The notes under the pieces are model-generated. The model was not told where the DNA came from. It searched no databases and saw nothing but the letters and a program-made list of their open reading frames with translations. Shown here one piece after another: positions 12,396-24,534 of a stretch of DNA of 64,000 nucleotides (positions are counted from its first letter, which is position 1; each line of letters opens with the position of its first letter). Source of the stretch: Octopus sinensis (lineage: Eukaryota); assembly GCF_006345805.1 (NCBI RefSeq), contig NC_043001.1, positions 135,346,001 to 135,410,000 of the forward strand, written 5' to 3'. The translations under genes were made by a program, and so were the position numbers.

Positions 12396-12594
12396 TAACT
12401 GCCAGACTTTGTTTTCGTTATTTCTTCCTTCTGTTTTCCATATGTGAATTACAGGGATATGTCGTATGTGGAGTCTTATTTGTAGAAAATAGAAATAAAC
12501 AGTCTTTGACTGCTATTTCTAATTTTTTCGGTATGTGGCTAAGCAACCTGTTGCCTGCCTTTTTTTTATTTATATGAATATATATGTATATTCT

Positions 12595-12973
12595 TTTATT
12601 CTCTTACTTGTTTCAGTCATTTGACTCTGGCCATGCTGGAGCACAACCTTTAGTCAAGCAAATCGACCCCAGGACTTATTCTTTGTAAGCCTAGTACTTA
12701 TTCTATTGGTATCTTTCTGCCAAACTGCTAATTTACGGGGACGTAAACACACCATCAGTTGTCAAGGGTTGGTGGGGGAACAAATACAGATACACAAACA
12801 TATACATATATACGATAGGCTTCTTTCAGTTTCCGTCTACCAAATCCACACACAAAGCTTTGGTCAGCCTGAGGCTATAACAGAAGACACTTGCCCAAGG
12901 TGCCACACAATGGGACTGAACCCATAACCATGTGGTTGGGAAGTAAGCTGCTTACCACAGAGCCACACCTGCA
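12595..12973 (-). mobile_element. SINE family B
   Basis: Reverse complement of the 4952-5357 type sequence. Confidence 0.85.
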
Positions 12974-12991
12974 CCGATGTGTGTGTGTATA

Positions 12992-13342
12992 TATATTATA
13001 TTAAATTAGAGATAAAACCACTATTAGGCAAATCATACAATGAAAAACTTAAGCCAATACATAAGATTATTTAATTTATATTATTTAAATATATAACAAA
13101 ATTATTTAAAAAAATATAATTAATATAACACTACGATCATTTCATGGCTGTTAATTTCTTTAAATTTTCAAGTTACAGTCATTCATCAGGTGGTTTAAAT
13201 ATTTAAATATTTAACTTGGCGAGGTATGATTTGCCTAATAGTGGTTTTATCTCTAATTTAATATAATATAATATTTTACTATAAAATTGGATTCAATCCT
13301 AAATCTGATTTTTCCCTGTAAGTTTGGATTTATTCCCTAATA
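12992..13342. mobile_element. AT-rich non-autonomous Penelope-like element with inverted pLTR-like segments
   Basis: Perfect 47-bp inverted repeat (12992-13038 / 13224-13270) enclosing a hammerhead motif; second family member at 43484-43890. Confidence 0.65.
13127..13196 (-). ncRNA. Minimal type-I hammerhead ribozyme motif
   Basis: Minus strand AAACCAC-CUGAUGA-AUGACUGUAA...UUAACAGCCAU-GAAA-U-GAUC-GUA|GUGUU: intact core, ~10-bp stem II, palindromic GAUC loop III, GUA triplet, stem I CAC/GUG. Confidence 0.75.
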
Positions 13343-13634
13343 TTTATTATATATATCTTAAATTTGTTTATGGGAATTGTTTTGAATGTGCAAGTAAAGC
13401 TCATATTCCATTATGCTGGTCACAATCTGATGATGCTGACTGGTGAACCAGACTTTTGGGGGTTGCATTGAGGTGTACTGAATAAATATAGCTGTAATAA
13501 CAATAATCCCTTGGATGGAATTCATAAAGATTTAATGCATCACTACGCGCATTTTCCCAAATCACATGAAGAGACATGTGATTTGTAGTAAGATGCATAG
13601 CGATGCATTAAATGTTTATCAATTCCATTATTAT

Positions 13635-14243
13635 TACTCTTTTACTTTTACTTGTTTCAGTCATTTGACTGCGGCCATGCTGGAGCACCGCCTTTAGTCG
13701 AGCAAATCGACCCCGGGACTTATTCTTTGTAAGTCTCTTTTGCCAAACCGCTAAGTGACGGAGACGTAAACACACCAGCATCGGTTGTCAACACAGATAC
13801 ACAAACACAGATACACAAACATATACACACACATATACATATATGTATATACATATATACGACAGGCTTCTTTCAGTTTCCGTCTACCAAATCCACTCAC
13901 AAGGCTTTGGTCGGCCCGAGGCTATAGCAGAAGACACTTGCCCAAGATGCCACGCAGTGGGACTGAACCCGAAACCATGTGGTTGGTTAGCAAGCTACTT
14001 ACCACACAGCCACTCCTGCGCCTACTATATATATATTCTTTTTTATTCTTTTATTTGTTTCAGTCATTTGACTGCGGCCATACTGGAGCACTGCCTTTAG
14101 TCAAGTAAACTGACCCCAGGACTTTTTCTTTGTAAGCCTAGTACTTATTCTATTGGTCTCTCTTACTGAACCGCTAAGTTACAGGGATGTAACACACCAG
14201 CATAGGTTGTCAAGCGATGTTGGAGTGACAAACACACACACAA

Positions 14244-14290
<47 letters not shown>

Positions 14291-14460
14291 CATATACAAC
14301 GGGCTTCTTCCAGTTTCTGTCTACCAAATCCACTCACAAAGCTTTAGTTGGCCCGAGGTCATTAGTAGAAGACTCTTGCCTAAGGTGCCACACAGTGTGA
14401 TTGAACCCGGAACCATGTGGTTGGTAAGCAAGCTACTTACCACACAGCCACTCCTGTGCA
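13635..14460 (-). mobile_element. Two tandem SINE family B copies
   Basis: Copies at about 13635-14022 and 14040-14460. Confidence 0.85.
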
Positions 14461-14492
14461 TATATATATATATATAATATATATATATATAG

Positions 14493-14586
<94 letters not shown>

Positions 14587-14855
14587 ATATATATAGTTGT
14601 TGTTGTTGTTTTGTGATGATCATTTTCAGACAACAAAATATAATGCTTTTCAACATCTTGCTAACCTGGCAGAGACTCAGACTTTTACATTTAGGTATTT
14701 GGTTTGTAAGATTTCTGATATGAAATCGAGTGCTCAAACAGATATTGTTTTATTTTGGGATGGTCACATTTTCTTGTTTTGCTAAATAAATACACACATT
14801 ATATATTCGATCTTCACTTCAGCTTTATTATTGTTCTCATTTTACTGTCCTTTGT

Positions 14856-14896
14856 TTTAAAACTTTCATCACACATCCTGTGATCTCTTCAGTGAT
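14856..14896 (-). ncRNA. Decayed minimal hammerhead-like motif
   Basis: Minus strand AUCA-CUGAAGA-G-AUCAC-aggaugu-GUGAU-GAAA-GUUU|UAAA; core boxes and stem II intact, stems I and III eroded. Confidence 0.4.
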
Positions 14897-14930
14897 TCTA
14901 CATCTTACATGTCTCCCCCTGGGACTATAA

Positions 14931-15085
14931 TCATCATCATCATCATTTAGCGTCTGCTTTCCATGCTAGCATGGGTTGGACGGTTCAACTGGGGTCTGTG
15001 AAGCCAGAAGGCTGCATCAAGCCCAGTCTGATCTGGCAGTGTTTCTACGGCTGGATGCCCTTCCTAACGCCAACCACTCCGTGGG
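14931..15085 (-). mobile_element. SINE family C, 3' fragment
   Basis: tcatcatcatcatcatttagcgtctgctttcc...cttcctaacgccaaccactcc. Confidence 0.8.
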
Positions 15086-15466
15086 TCGAGATTCACTACA
15101 GCTGTTTCAGAAACATTTTTTTTTATTGCTGAATAAACCAATTACATCATGAAAAAAAAAAACGTTTTCTTCAGGTGAATTAAAAATTAATAATTTTTAA
15201 TTTGATTCTGGAAAAAACCAAGATTTGAAATGTGTGTTGACCCTAACATTTTGGTAGCAAAAAAGAGAGTGAAAGCATGCCAAAGTATAGTCAGATTTCA
15301 TTCATGTATGAGCCATAAAACCATCAACAGACACAGCAACACTAGATTATTTCTTTAAACAAATAGCAAGAGATGAAGCTTAAGAGGAAAGCAGAATAAA
15401 ATAGGGTTGACATTCTGTTCCCTCTAACATCAATCACTTTATAACATGTACCGACTACTTTACAAT

Positions 15467-15838
15467 ACTCTTTTACTTGTTTCAGTCATTTGACTGCGGC
15501 CATGCTGGAGCACCGCCTTTAGTCGATCAAATCGACCCTGGGACTTTGTAAGCCCAGTACTTATTCTATCGGTCTCTTTTGCCGAACCGCTAAGTGACTG
15601 GGACGTAAAAACACCAGCATCGGTTGTCAAGTACAGACACACAAACACACACACACACATATATATATATACATATATACGACAGGCTTCTTTCAGTTTC
15701 TGTCTACCAAATCCACTCACAAGGCATTGGTCGGCCCGGGGCTATAGCAGAAGACACTTGCCCAAGATGCCATGCAGTGGGACTGAACCTGCAACCATGT
15801 GGTTGGTTAGCAAGCTACTTACCACACAGCCACTCCTG
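15467..15838 (-). mobile_element. SINE family B
   Basis: Full reverse-complement match to family B. Confidence 0.88.
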
Positions 15839-16234
15839 TGTGTGTGTTTGAATATAGATGTATATATTTACAGATGCAGCATGGCTGAATGATTAAGAAG
15901 TTTACTTTGCAATCAAGGGGTTCCAAGTTCGATCCCACTGCATGGCATTTTGGGCAAATGTCTTTTACCATAACTTTGGGCTGATCCAAGCCATGTGAGT
16001 GAAACTGGACGAATGGAAACTACAAAAGCATGTGGATTGTATCTGTAATATAGAGGTCTACTACCTGCCCCTCATTATGTCATGAAAATTCTGCTTGAGC
16101 ATTGTGATAAAGGTATACATATCTAAGAGATACTCAGCCACTTACTTATTCAAGTAGTTTACTTTATTGAATGACTGAAAACTCATTACACATTGTTAAG
16201 AATGATGAAGATCTGTTCACATTATACACCTATA

Positions 16235-16382
16235 TATTCATGTGTGTGTGCTTATACATGCACATACATACACTTGAACACACACATTAATATATGCATG
16301 CATATACATAAATACACACAGGCATAAACACACACACACACATATACAAAAAAATACATACTACATACATACAGGCATAAAC

Positions 16383-16434
<52 letters not shown>

Positions 16435-16672
16435 ATATATATGTGTGTGTGTGTGCATATATATATATGTGTATGTATATATATGTGTGTGTGTGTGTAT
16501 ATATATGTGTGGTGTATATATATATAGTGTGTGTGTGTGTGTATATATATATATGTGTGTGTGTGTATATATATATGTGTGTGGTGTATATATATATATG
16601 TCTGTGTGTGTGTGTATATATATATATGTGTGCGTATGTGTGTGTGTATGTGTGTATATATATATATATGTG

Positions 16673-16712
<40 letters not shown>

Positions 16713-16741
16713 GGGAAAATTGTACAGAATGTATAAATAGA

Positions 16742-16793
<52 letters not shown>

Positions 16794-16930
16794 AGAGAGA
16801 GAGAGTGACACACACTTAAATGTACATGCATGCACACATTCACAATTGCACATGCATGCACACACACACACAAATGCACACGTTCATACATACATGCACA
16901 CGTATACTCACACAAACATATATGCATGTT
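16235..16930. repeat. Compound (TA)n/(TG)n/(CA)n microsatellite field
   Basis: Directly visible dinucleotide tracts; source of the YI/HT/CV ORFs. Confidence 0.95.
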
Positions 16931-17999
16931 TGTGTAATTGGTTTTACACCTTTAATGAAGAATACTAAAAACATCTGTTTACATTTTCAGACTTCATTGC
17001 CTAGAACTGATAAACAATATGATGCTCTTTAAAGTGGGATTCATTCTTACTCTCTCTCTCTCTCTCTCCTTCTTCTCTCAATCTCTCTCGTTAACTCTTC
17101 CGCACTCACTCTCTCTTTTATATTTGCTTTCTCTCATTCTTCACGCTCTGTAATTCTTTCTATATTTCTACTCTTATTCTCTCCCTATCTTTTAAAAATT
17201 TTCTCTCCTGATTCCAATTTTTTTTCTTCTTTCTAACCTTAAATATCTTTTCTGCTTTCTTCATACCATTCCTTCAGTTATTAGCTCTCCTTTTTTTATA
17301 TGCCATTATAATTTGACCGTGAAGAATGCCAGACTGTGGAACAACTCATTAAATGTAAAGCCAACCTCACACACCTTTCTTAAAGAATGGTAAAACAATT
17401 TGGATACACTCTGCCTATATTCCACCCTCCTTTGTCCCCTCTCCCTCTCCAAGAAAAACAAAATTATCTTTAAAAATGAAAGCATTAACAAATGGTAATT
17501 CCATGTTAACTTCAAAATATGGTGTAGAATATTGTTTTGATATCTTCTCTTCATAATAGAAGTAAGGTGGAGCAGGTGAGTGGTTTGTGGGATAAGTATT
17601 TTGAATTGATGGCTTGTGAGTTCAAATTCATTGAGATGTTTTGTTAATCCCAGGTCATCCCCAATTGGGCAGTTTTCATCAAAAATATTCCATCTACGAC
17701 CATCCTATCATTTTGTGCATCAGGAATTTCATTGTTCACTGTCCTTTATTTAAGACAGAAGAGTATGTTTTGAGGGAGATTTGGTTGCTATATCTAGCGG
17801 GTTGGGTGACCACATAGAGGCTTCCTCATTGACATGTTCGCTTCAAAGGTTTCATGTTTGTAATCAGGATATTTAATTCTAGATTGGTTTTGTACATAGA
17901 GCTATAAATAGATAATATCAAGGCTCTTTTATGAAGGAATGAGAGTTTATATGTGAGACCTGATTGTCTTAGCAGCAATTGAAACACTTATCCTTTATG

Positions 18000-18960
18000 G
18001 GGGTGAACATTAAATCATTACTAGAACCTCTGGTCAGTCCTTGATGGCCGCTACACTCAGATACCATAAATGGCCTTTACTGTCAACTCAATGCAGAAAG
18101 TAACCAATAAGCAACTCAACTCCATGGCAACATTCTACCCAACAAGATAACTAGAAGATGGCTGTAACTTGCCACTGGGTACTGTCTCAGACTTCTGACA
18201 AGGAGTATTTTCACCGAGAAGTTAGCTTACAAAGAAAAATCTCCACCACACTCCAAACCTGAAGAGTATTAGAAAGAGACATATTCTTTATTCAATATAA
18301 ATGCTCTCTGCAAATATAGCTAATAGATTACTGTCCCTAATTAATCAGCATTTCCAAACATCTGTAGGTACCATAAACTTTTAATGTCCATAATGTCCAG
18401 GTTAGCTACTCATGACTAGATAATGTCACTTCTGTCATTGCATGCTACAGCAGGAAAAACACATACCCACACAAACTCCATCCACACCTCAGCTTGTAAA
18501 TTCTGAAATCCCAACTAAGTGTCCACTTGAGAAACCCTATTTCTCAAAGGCTGCAGTCTGTTGGCTAGCCTAATGCCATCCAATGGTATCACAAGAAACT
18601 ATATAGGCCTGACAGCCAATTATTTTGAGGGAAGTTTCATATAACATAGACATTCCTCCACCTACCTGTTCAATTTCATTTGGTGATTCTAGAACCAAGC
18701 AAAGGATTTTCCCAACATCACTTAGAGCATTCTTCATAGGGTTCCTCCTACTCTAATTCTGCTTGAAACTATCACTTCTGCCTCCATGAGAAACTGTATA
18801 TACTACAACAGCCTATAGTATCCATCAACAAGAAAACTGATTTATCGTTTTTTTGCCATCAAAAGAAATATCTTGAACTTAAAGTATGGATATCTTAATA
18901 CTTCAGAAAGATCACCATAACCCTAGTTGGTTTATATGTAATTTCAGAATAAGCAACCCC
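18000..18960 (+). pseudogene. Decayed Penelope-like element: RT-linker and GIY-YIG endonuclease remnant
   Basis: Frameshifted translation gives RKRHIL...NIANRLLSLINQHFQ...YHKL...VQVSYS*LDNVTSVIA, then ...PTKCPLE...YIGLTANYFEGSFI*HRHS, matching the Penelope pattern (KLSYSC..N; CNC..CPL; YIG.T...FK.R...H). Confidence 0.7.
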
Positions 18961-19636
18961 TTTTTTCTCATGGTGAGATTATTCCTCTTGTGGCTGACCA
19001 GTGCAAATACCCAGCTACAAATACATCAAAAAAAGAGGTAAACAGTTACATATGTCACACTACCCACATCAAGATTATGTCTCCATGTGATGTCACAAAC
19101 ACATTGATAAGTAATCTGATACAACCAGATTGGTTACCTGGACATTGCTGCTGCTGCTGTGCTATAATTAATACCATTATTACTGTTTACCTTCCTCTAC
19201 ACTTTTGTCATCATTTTTATGCCATTAATTCATTCTCACTCTTAAATATGAGTAGCCATGTAACTCTTCCACCATGTGAATTTGCTCTCTCATTCTCACT
19301 CTCTCTCTCTCTCTCCTGAACATGAGTAGCTCTGTAGCTCTTCTACAATAAGAACTTGCTCTACCCCAATCTCTTCTCTTATAGCTTCAATCCCATCTAA
19401 CATAAGGATGCACTCATATCCTTCCTTGAATTTTGTAGACTTGCAAGTGATATGAAAACCTCAATCATGCTAGTGGCATGAAAAAATACCTAGCACACGG
19501 TGTAAAGTGGTTGGTGTCATGAAGGACATCCAACTGTAGGCGCCATTACAAAGCAGACACAAGAGCACTATGCAATGGATCCATATCAAACTGTCCAACC
19601 CATGCCAGCATGGAATATGGTGATGTTGCTGGTATC

Positions 19637-20053
19637 AGGCGGCGAGCTGGCAGAAATGTTAGCACATCGGACGAAATGCGTAGCCGTATTTCGTCTGCCA
19701 TTACGTTCTGAGTTCAAATTCCGCCGAGGTCGACTTTGCCTTTCATCCTTTTGGGGTCGATAAATTAAGTACCAGTTTCGCACTGGGGTCGATGTAATCG
19801 ACTTAATCCATTTGTCTATCCTTGTTTGTCCTCTCTGTGTTTAGCTCCTTGTGGGTAGTAAAGAAATAGGTATTTCGTTTGTCTTTACGTTCTGAGTTCA
19901 AATTCTGCCGAGGTCGACTTTGCCTTTCATCCTTTTGGGGTCGATAAATTAAGTACCAGTTTCGCACTGGGGTCGATGTAATCGACTTAATACGTTTGTC
20001 TATTCTTGTTTGTCCCCTCTGTGTTTAGCCCCTTGTGGGTAGTAAAGAAATAG
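19637..20053 (+). mobile_element. SINE family A with a duplicated body
   Basis: ggcggcgagctggcagaaatg head; second unit starts after aagaaatag|gtatttcg at about 19870; flanked by gatgttgc(t/c)ggtatcag on both sides (probable TSD). Confidence 0.9.
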
Positions 20054-21139
20054 ATGTTGCCGGTATCAGTTGAATATAATTGTTGTTGTTCAGCTCCTAT
20101 ATCCATTCTGACTGAGAGAGACATAAGACATACCTTTCCATGACCATCCGGTCTTTTACTTTTGTTAAAGTATACGTAGGAGTAAATGTTGTGCCTAAGC
20201 TAAGTCAATATGAAAAGAATTTGAATTTCCCTGATCAGCTTTTTTTATTTCTACTTTGAATCTCTTTTGAAGCTCCCAATATTTCTAACCCCGCCCCACC
20301 ACACCTTTTTCTGTCTCTCTGCCCCATACCTTAGGGTTCAAATGTTAATCTTCTATGGGATAAAGAAAAAAAAAACTGCTTCAATTTAATTTATTTTTCA
20401 GATGTTGAAAAATATTTTGTTACTATCAAATGATAAAAATGAGTGGTTTGTACTATTTTTGATGAATTAATTTATTTAATGGCTTTCTAAAAGCAAGATA
20501 AAATTATTCCATAAAGATATGGTAGCTAATATTCCATGGTTCCAAGATGGTATCTAATAATAAAGTCAAAAGACACCTTAGATTAATTTTATTTTCCCAA
20601 CCAAATGTTTTATATTTTTATTTTTACACAATTATATGAATCTTTTCCTTTTTTTTTTTTTGGCTCTTTTATATTTTAATATCGGAAATATTACTTTTAA
20701 AATTGAGACTAGAATATTAAGAGTTTGATGTTAGCTTTGGTTTCTATGGTGATATATTTTAATATGGCAATAAAGCTGAAACAATTGAAACAATGTTTAT
20801 TTATGAATATTTGTCTTTCGTTATTGTTGTCGATATTCTTGCTAATACTGTCTTTATTCTTTTAAATCAGAAAATAATCATAAAAGAGCTAAAAAAAAAA
20901 CCCCAAAAACCAAATCAAAACAAAAATCCATACAGCCAAAAGTTAAAATTCCGGATTCTGTGATTTTTAAGACGTTTGAAGATGAATTATTTTAAGGATA
21001 AGATATTAGTAGGCTACTGTTTATACAATTTCCAGAAAGGATGGTGCCTTTATTCACCACTGGTGAGTCTACCATTCAAATAGTCCATGGTGGGATCTGA
21101 ATTCAAAATACAGAGCCAAAACAAATACCACAAGGTATT

Positions 21140-21290
21140 GTGGTTGGTGTTAGGAAGGGCATCAAGCTGTAGAAACACTGCCAGATCAGACTGGGCCTGG
21201 TGCAGCCTTCTGATTTCCCAGACCCCAGTTGAACTGTCCAACCCATGCTAGCATGGAAAACGGACGTTAAACGATGATGATGATGATGAT
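21140..21290 (+). mobile_element. SINE family C, 3' fragment
   Basis: gtggttggtgttaggaagggcatc...ggacgttaaacgatgatgatg. Confidence 0.8.
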
Positions 21291-21293
21291 TCT

Positions 21294-22862
21294 ATAATAA
21301 TAATAATAATAATAATTGTGTACAGTGCTCAGGTGCACTACAACTCATCTAAAGTGTATATATAATCAGGTGTAGTTTCGACGGATTTCGGGAAGCATGA
21401 GGGCCTTAAAGGATGCAGTGTCATGGCAGTCAACAACTGACGCAGGCAGTTTGTTCCATGCTTCAGCAACTCTGAGCGTGAAAAAATGTTTCCGAAAGTC
21501 ATGGGAGCTGTGCTGTTTTCTGACTTTGTAGGCATGTCCACGTGTGTTAGACACATGGAGATCAAAAAGGTGTTCAGTGTTGTTGTTGGTGAGGTGGTTG
21601 ATAACCTTGTGGGTGTTTACCAAGTCCGTCGCCAGACGCCGGAGCTTCAGTGAATCCATGCCCAGGGAAACAAGGCGCTCAGAATATGGTAGGTGTCTGA
21701 TGGAGGGTATGCGTTTGGTTGCACGTCTCTGGACAGATTCCAGGAGGTCAATGTTCTGAGCAAGATAGGGATTCCAAACTGATGATGCGAATTCCAAGTG
21801 TGGTCGTACCATAGCTGTATACAGTTTTAAATAGATGGCTGGAGAGCGGCTAACAAAAGTCTTGCTGAGTGATGCCAAGACACCCTCGGCCTTCTTGACA
21901 ATTTTAGAGATATGCTTTGTCCAACGCAAATCACTGCTGACAGTGATGCCTAGGTCACGCTCGCAAGAGGATTTCTTGATATCAGTGTTGTGGAGGGAGT
22001 ATGTGGACGCAGGGTTTTTTCTCCCCCAAAATGCATGGTGGTACACTTGTCCACAGCCAGTTTCAGTTGCCAGTCTTGATCCATTGCTGCATTGTGTCTA
22101 GGTCTGATTGCAGGAAAGAGTTGTAGACATCAGGATCAGTCCTCTTGATTTCAAGGTACAGCTTGATGTCGTCTGCATATTTCAATACTGTGGCATTCTT
22201 TAAATTGGCATCTATGTCATTAATGTATGCCACAAACAGGAGGGGACCAAGGACAGATCCCTGTGGTACACCCGATGACATCTCATATGGTGTAGAGTGC
22301 TGTCCTAGAACTGTGACTACCTCCTTTCGGCTGAGGATGAAGGATTTCAACCAGTTAAAAAGGTCATCCCCCACACCCATTGCAGAGAGTTTCACCATAA
22401 GCCTTTTGTGTGGCACAGAGTTGAAAGCCTTAGAAAAGTCAAGGTAGACAACATCCACCCATGAGCCACTGTCAGTGATCTGAGTAATGTCCTCAAGGAA
22501 CTCGACAAGCTGGTCACTGCAGCTGGAGTTAGGGACAAATCCATATTGTGAGGGTCGGATGAGACTGTGAGAGCTCCAGAAGTTCCAGAGTGTTTCTCTG
22601 ACACACGATTCCATCAATTTTGCAATACAGCTAGTGAGACTGACTGGGCGATAGTTGACAGGTGATGTGCGGTCACCCTTTTTGAACAGAGGAATGACAC
22701 TGGCAGTTTTCCACTGCTCCGGAGTAGCACCATTGTTGAGACAGTACTGGAAGAAAATAGAAAGCTGGTGTAAAAGGAAGTGCCTGCCACGTTTGAGAAG
22801 CAGGTATGTAAGTCCATCGAGACCAGGGGAGGCATAGTTGCGCTTATTTTGAAGGTGACGTC
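21294..22862 (-). mobile_element. 5'-truncated CR1-like LINE with a nearly intact reverse transcriptase ORF
   Basis: RT motifs PLFKKGD...NYRPVSLTS, QYGF, YLDFSKAFNSV, SGVPQGSVLGPLLF, KYADD, ERDLG, VRPHLEF, ESVQRRATK; 3'UTR and (TTA)n tail; ORF split near 22030-22075 by frameshifts. Confidence 0.95.
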
Positions 22863-23131
22863 TGTTTGACATTATAATGGTTCTGACAATTCCTCACCCT
22901 AACCTGGTACTTTTATTTATTGATGCTGGAAAAATGAAAGGCAGAATTGATTTGAGCAGGATTTGAACTAAGAATGTAAGATGCTTGAATAAACATCACA
23001 AGACATCCCATCTGATGCGCTTATGATTCTGCTTTTACATGCAGCTAAATACTATGGCATAGAAATTAGTCTGTTGTGAAACACTATCATGTTGATATTT
23101 CACTATCATACGGATCAAATCTGGCAATAGG

Positions 23132-23570
23132 TACAGGTGTGGCTGTGTGGTAAGAACTTTGCTTCCCAGCCACGTGTTTCTCAGTTCAGTCCCACTGTGT
23201 GGCACCTTGAGCAAGTATCTTCTACTATAGCCTCAAGCCAACCAAAGCCTTGTGAGTTGACCTGAGAAATGGAAACTGAAATAAGTCTGTTATATGTGTG
23301 TGTGTGTGCATGTGTTTGTGTGCATGTGTGTGTGTGCATGATGTGTGTGTGTGTGTGTTTGTGTCTGTTTGCCTACTGACCACCACCACTTGACAACCAG
23401 TGTTGGTGTGTTTATGTCCTCGTAACTTACCTTTCCAGCAAATGAAACTGGTAGAATAAGTATCTGGCTTAAAAAGAATAAGTGTTGGGGTCAATTTGTT
23501 TGACTAAAATTCTTCAAAGTTGTGCCCCAGCATGGCCACAGTCTAATGACTGGAACAAGTAAATGGTAAA
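23132..23570 (+). mobile_element. Older SINE family B copy
   Basis: Diverged match to family B head, body and tail. Confidence 0.8.
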
Positions 23571-24028
23571 AGGTAATATATTTTACTTCAGCTGAGAATA
23601 CTGAAGCATGGAGATGAGATGATGCACTACCAAACACCACATGTTCATGTGGTATTTCATACATGTGAAATCTATGAATAGAAGTAGCTTGATGTGCTCA
23701 GACTATTTCAACTGTGGTAGTTGTAGTTTTTGGCTGTCTGTTTGTCCAAAGATGAGGGATAGTGCTTTAGATGTAATTAACGGTCAGTTTGAATGGTAGA
23801 ATGGAAATCGGGGACAATGAAGAAGTTCCAACAGAGAGAAAGAGATGCACATATGGATAGATTTGGTAAAGTACCTAGTTGTGAGTTTTGAAGACCAAGA
23901 CACATGAAGTTAACAGGAGGAAACATGGATAGGACCAGTAGGTTTAGGTGAGAGTGCAGTACATTTTCAAGTTCAAAACAGCAGGGGCTGCATTATTAGC
24001 AGTAAAAGAGACTGCGAGAAGACAGAGT

Positions 24029-24249
24029 TTAACCCTTTCGTTACTGTATTTATTTTGAGATGCTCTGTGTTTCTTTCAATTTATTTTAAATATGAAAAAG
24101 AATTTAGTAAAATAACATTAAGCTAGTGTTAGGAAAGTAAATTGTAACTAAGGTTTGGTGGAATATTTTACTTCAAAACTTATGAAAACAAGACATTTGT
24201 ACTACAGAGCCAGGGCCGGTTTTGGCCGGGTTAGTAACAAAAGGGTTAA
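24029..24249. mobile_element. TTAA-flanked piggyBac-like MITE
   Basis: TTAA-ccctttcgttact ... agtaacaaaaggg-TTAA; TIRs plus TTAA target duplication. Confidence 0.85.
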
Positions 24250-24534
24250 TAGCTAGATAATAATTTGTATATTTTGGTTTTAATAAAAATATTGACTATC
24301 AGGTTCACTGTAATATGTTTTGAGAAGCCAGAATATCTGTAATTGACTAACTGAATATATAATGAATTGTGATTAATTTTATCAACTCCATCTCTCAGTG
24401 ATATAACAGATGAATAAACTACTATGTCGTTATGAAGGAGAGAATAAGTTATGTTTGTGTTAATTTACCTATGATTATCTTTGGTAAATTTGTTAAGTTG
24501 TTTAGTTTTCTGTGTAATAATTATGTAATATATC

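Noticed and set aside
16252-16927. Long ORFs rich in YI/HT/CV (also at 9.3, 14.4, 31.4, 44.0 and 62.0 kb)
   Set aside because: They are translations of (TA)n, (CA)n and (TG)n microsatellites.
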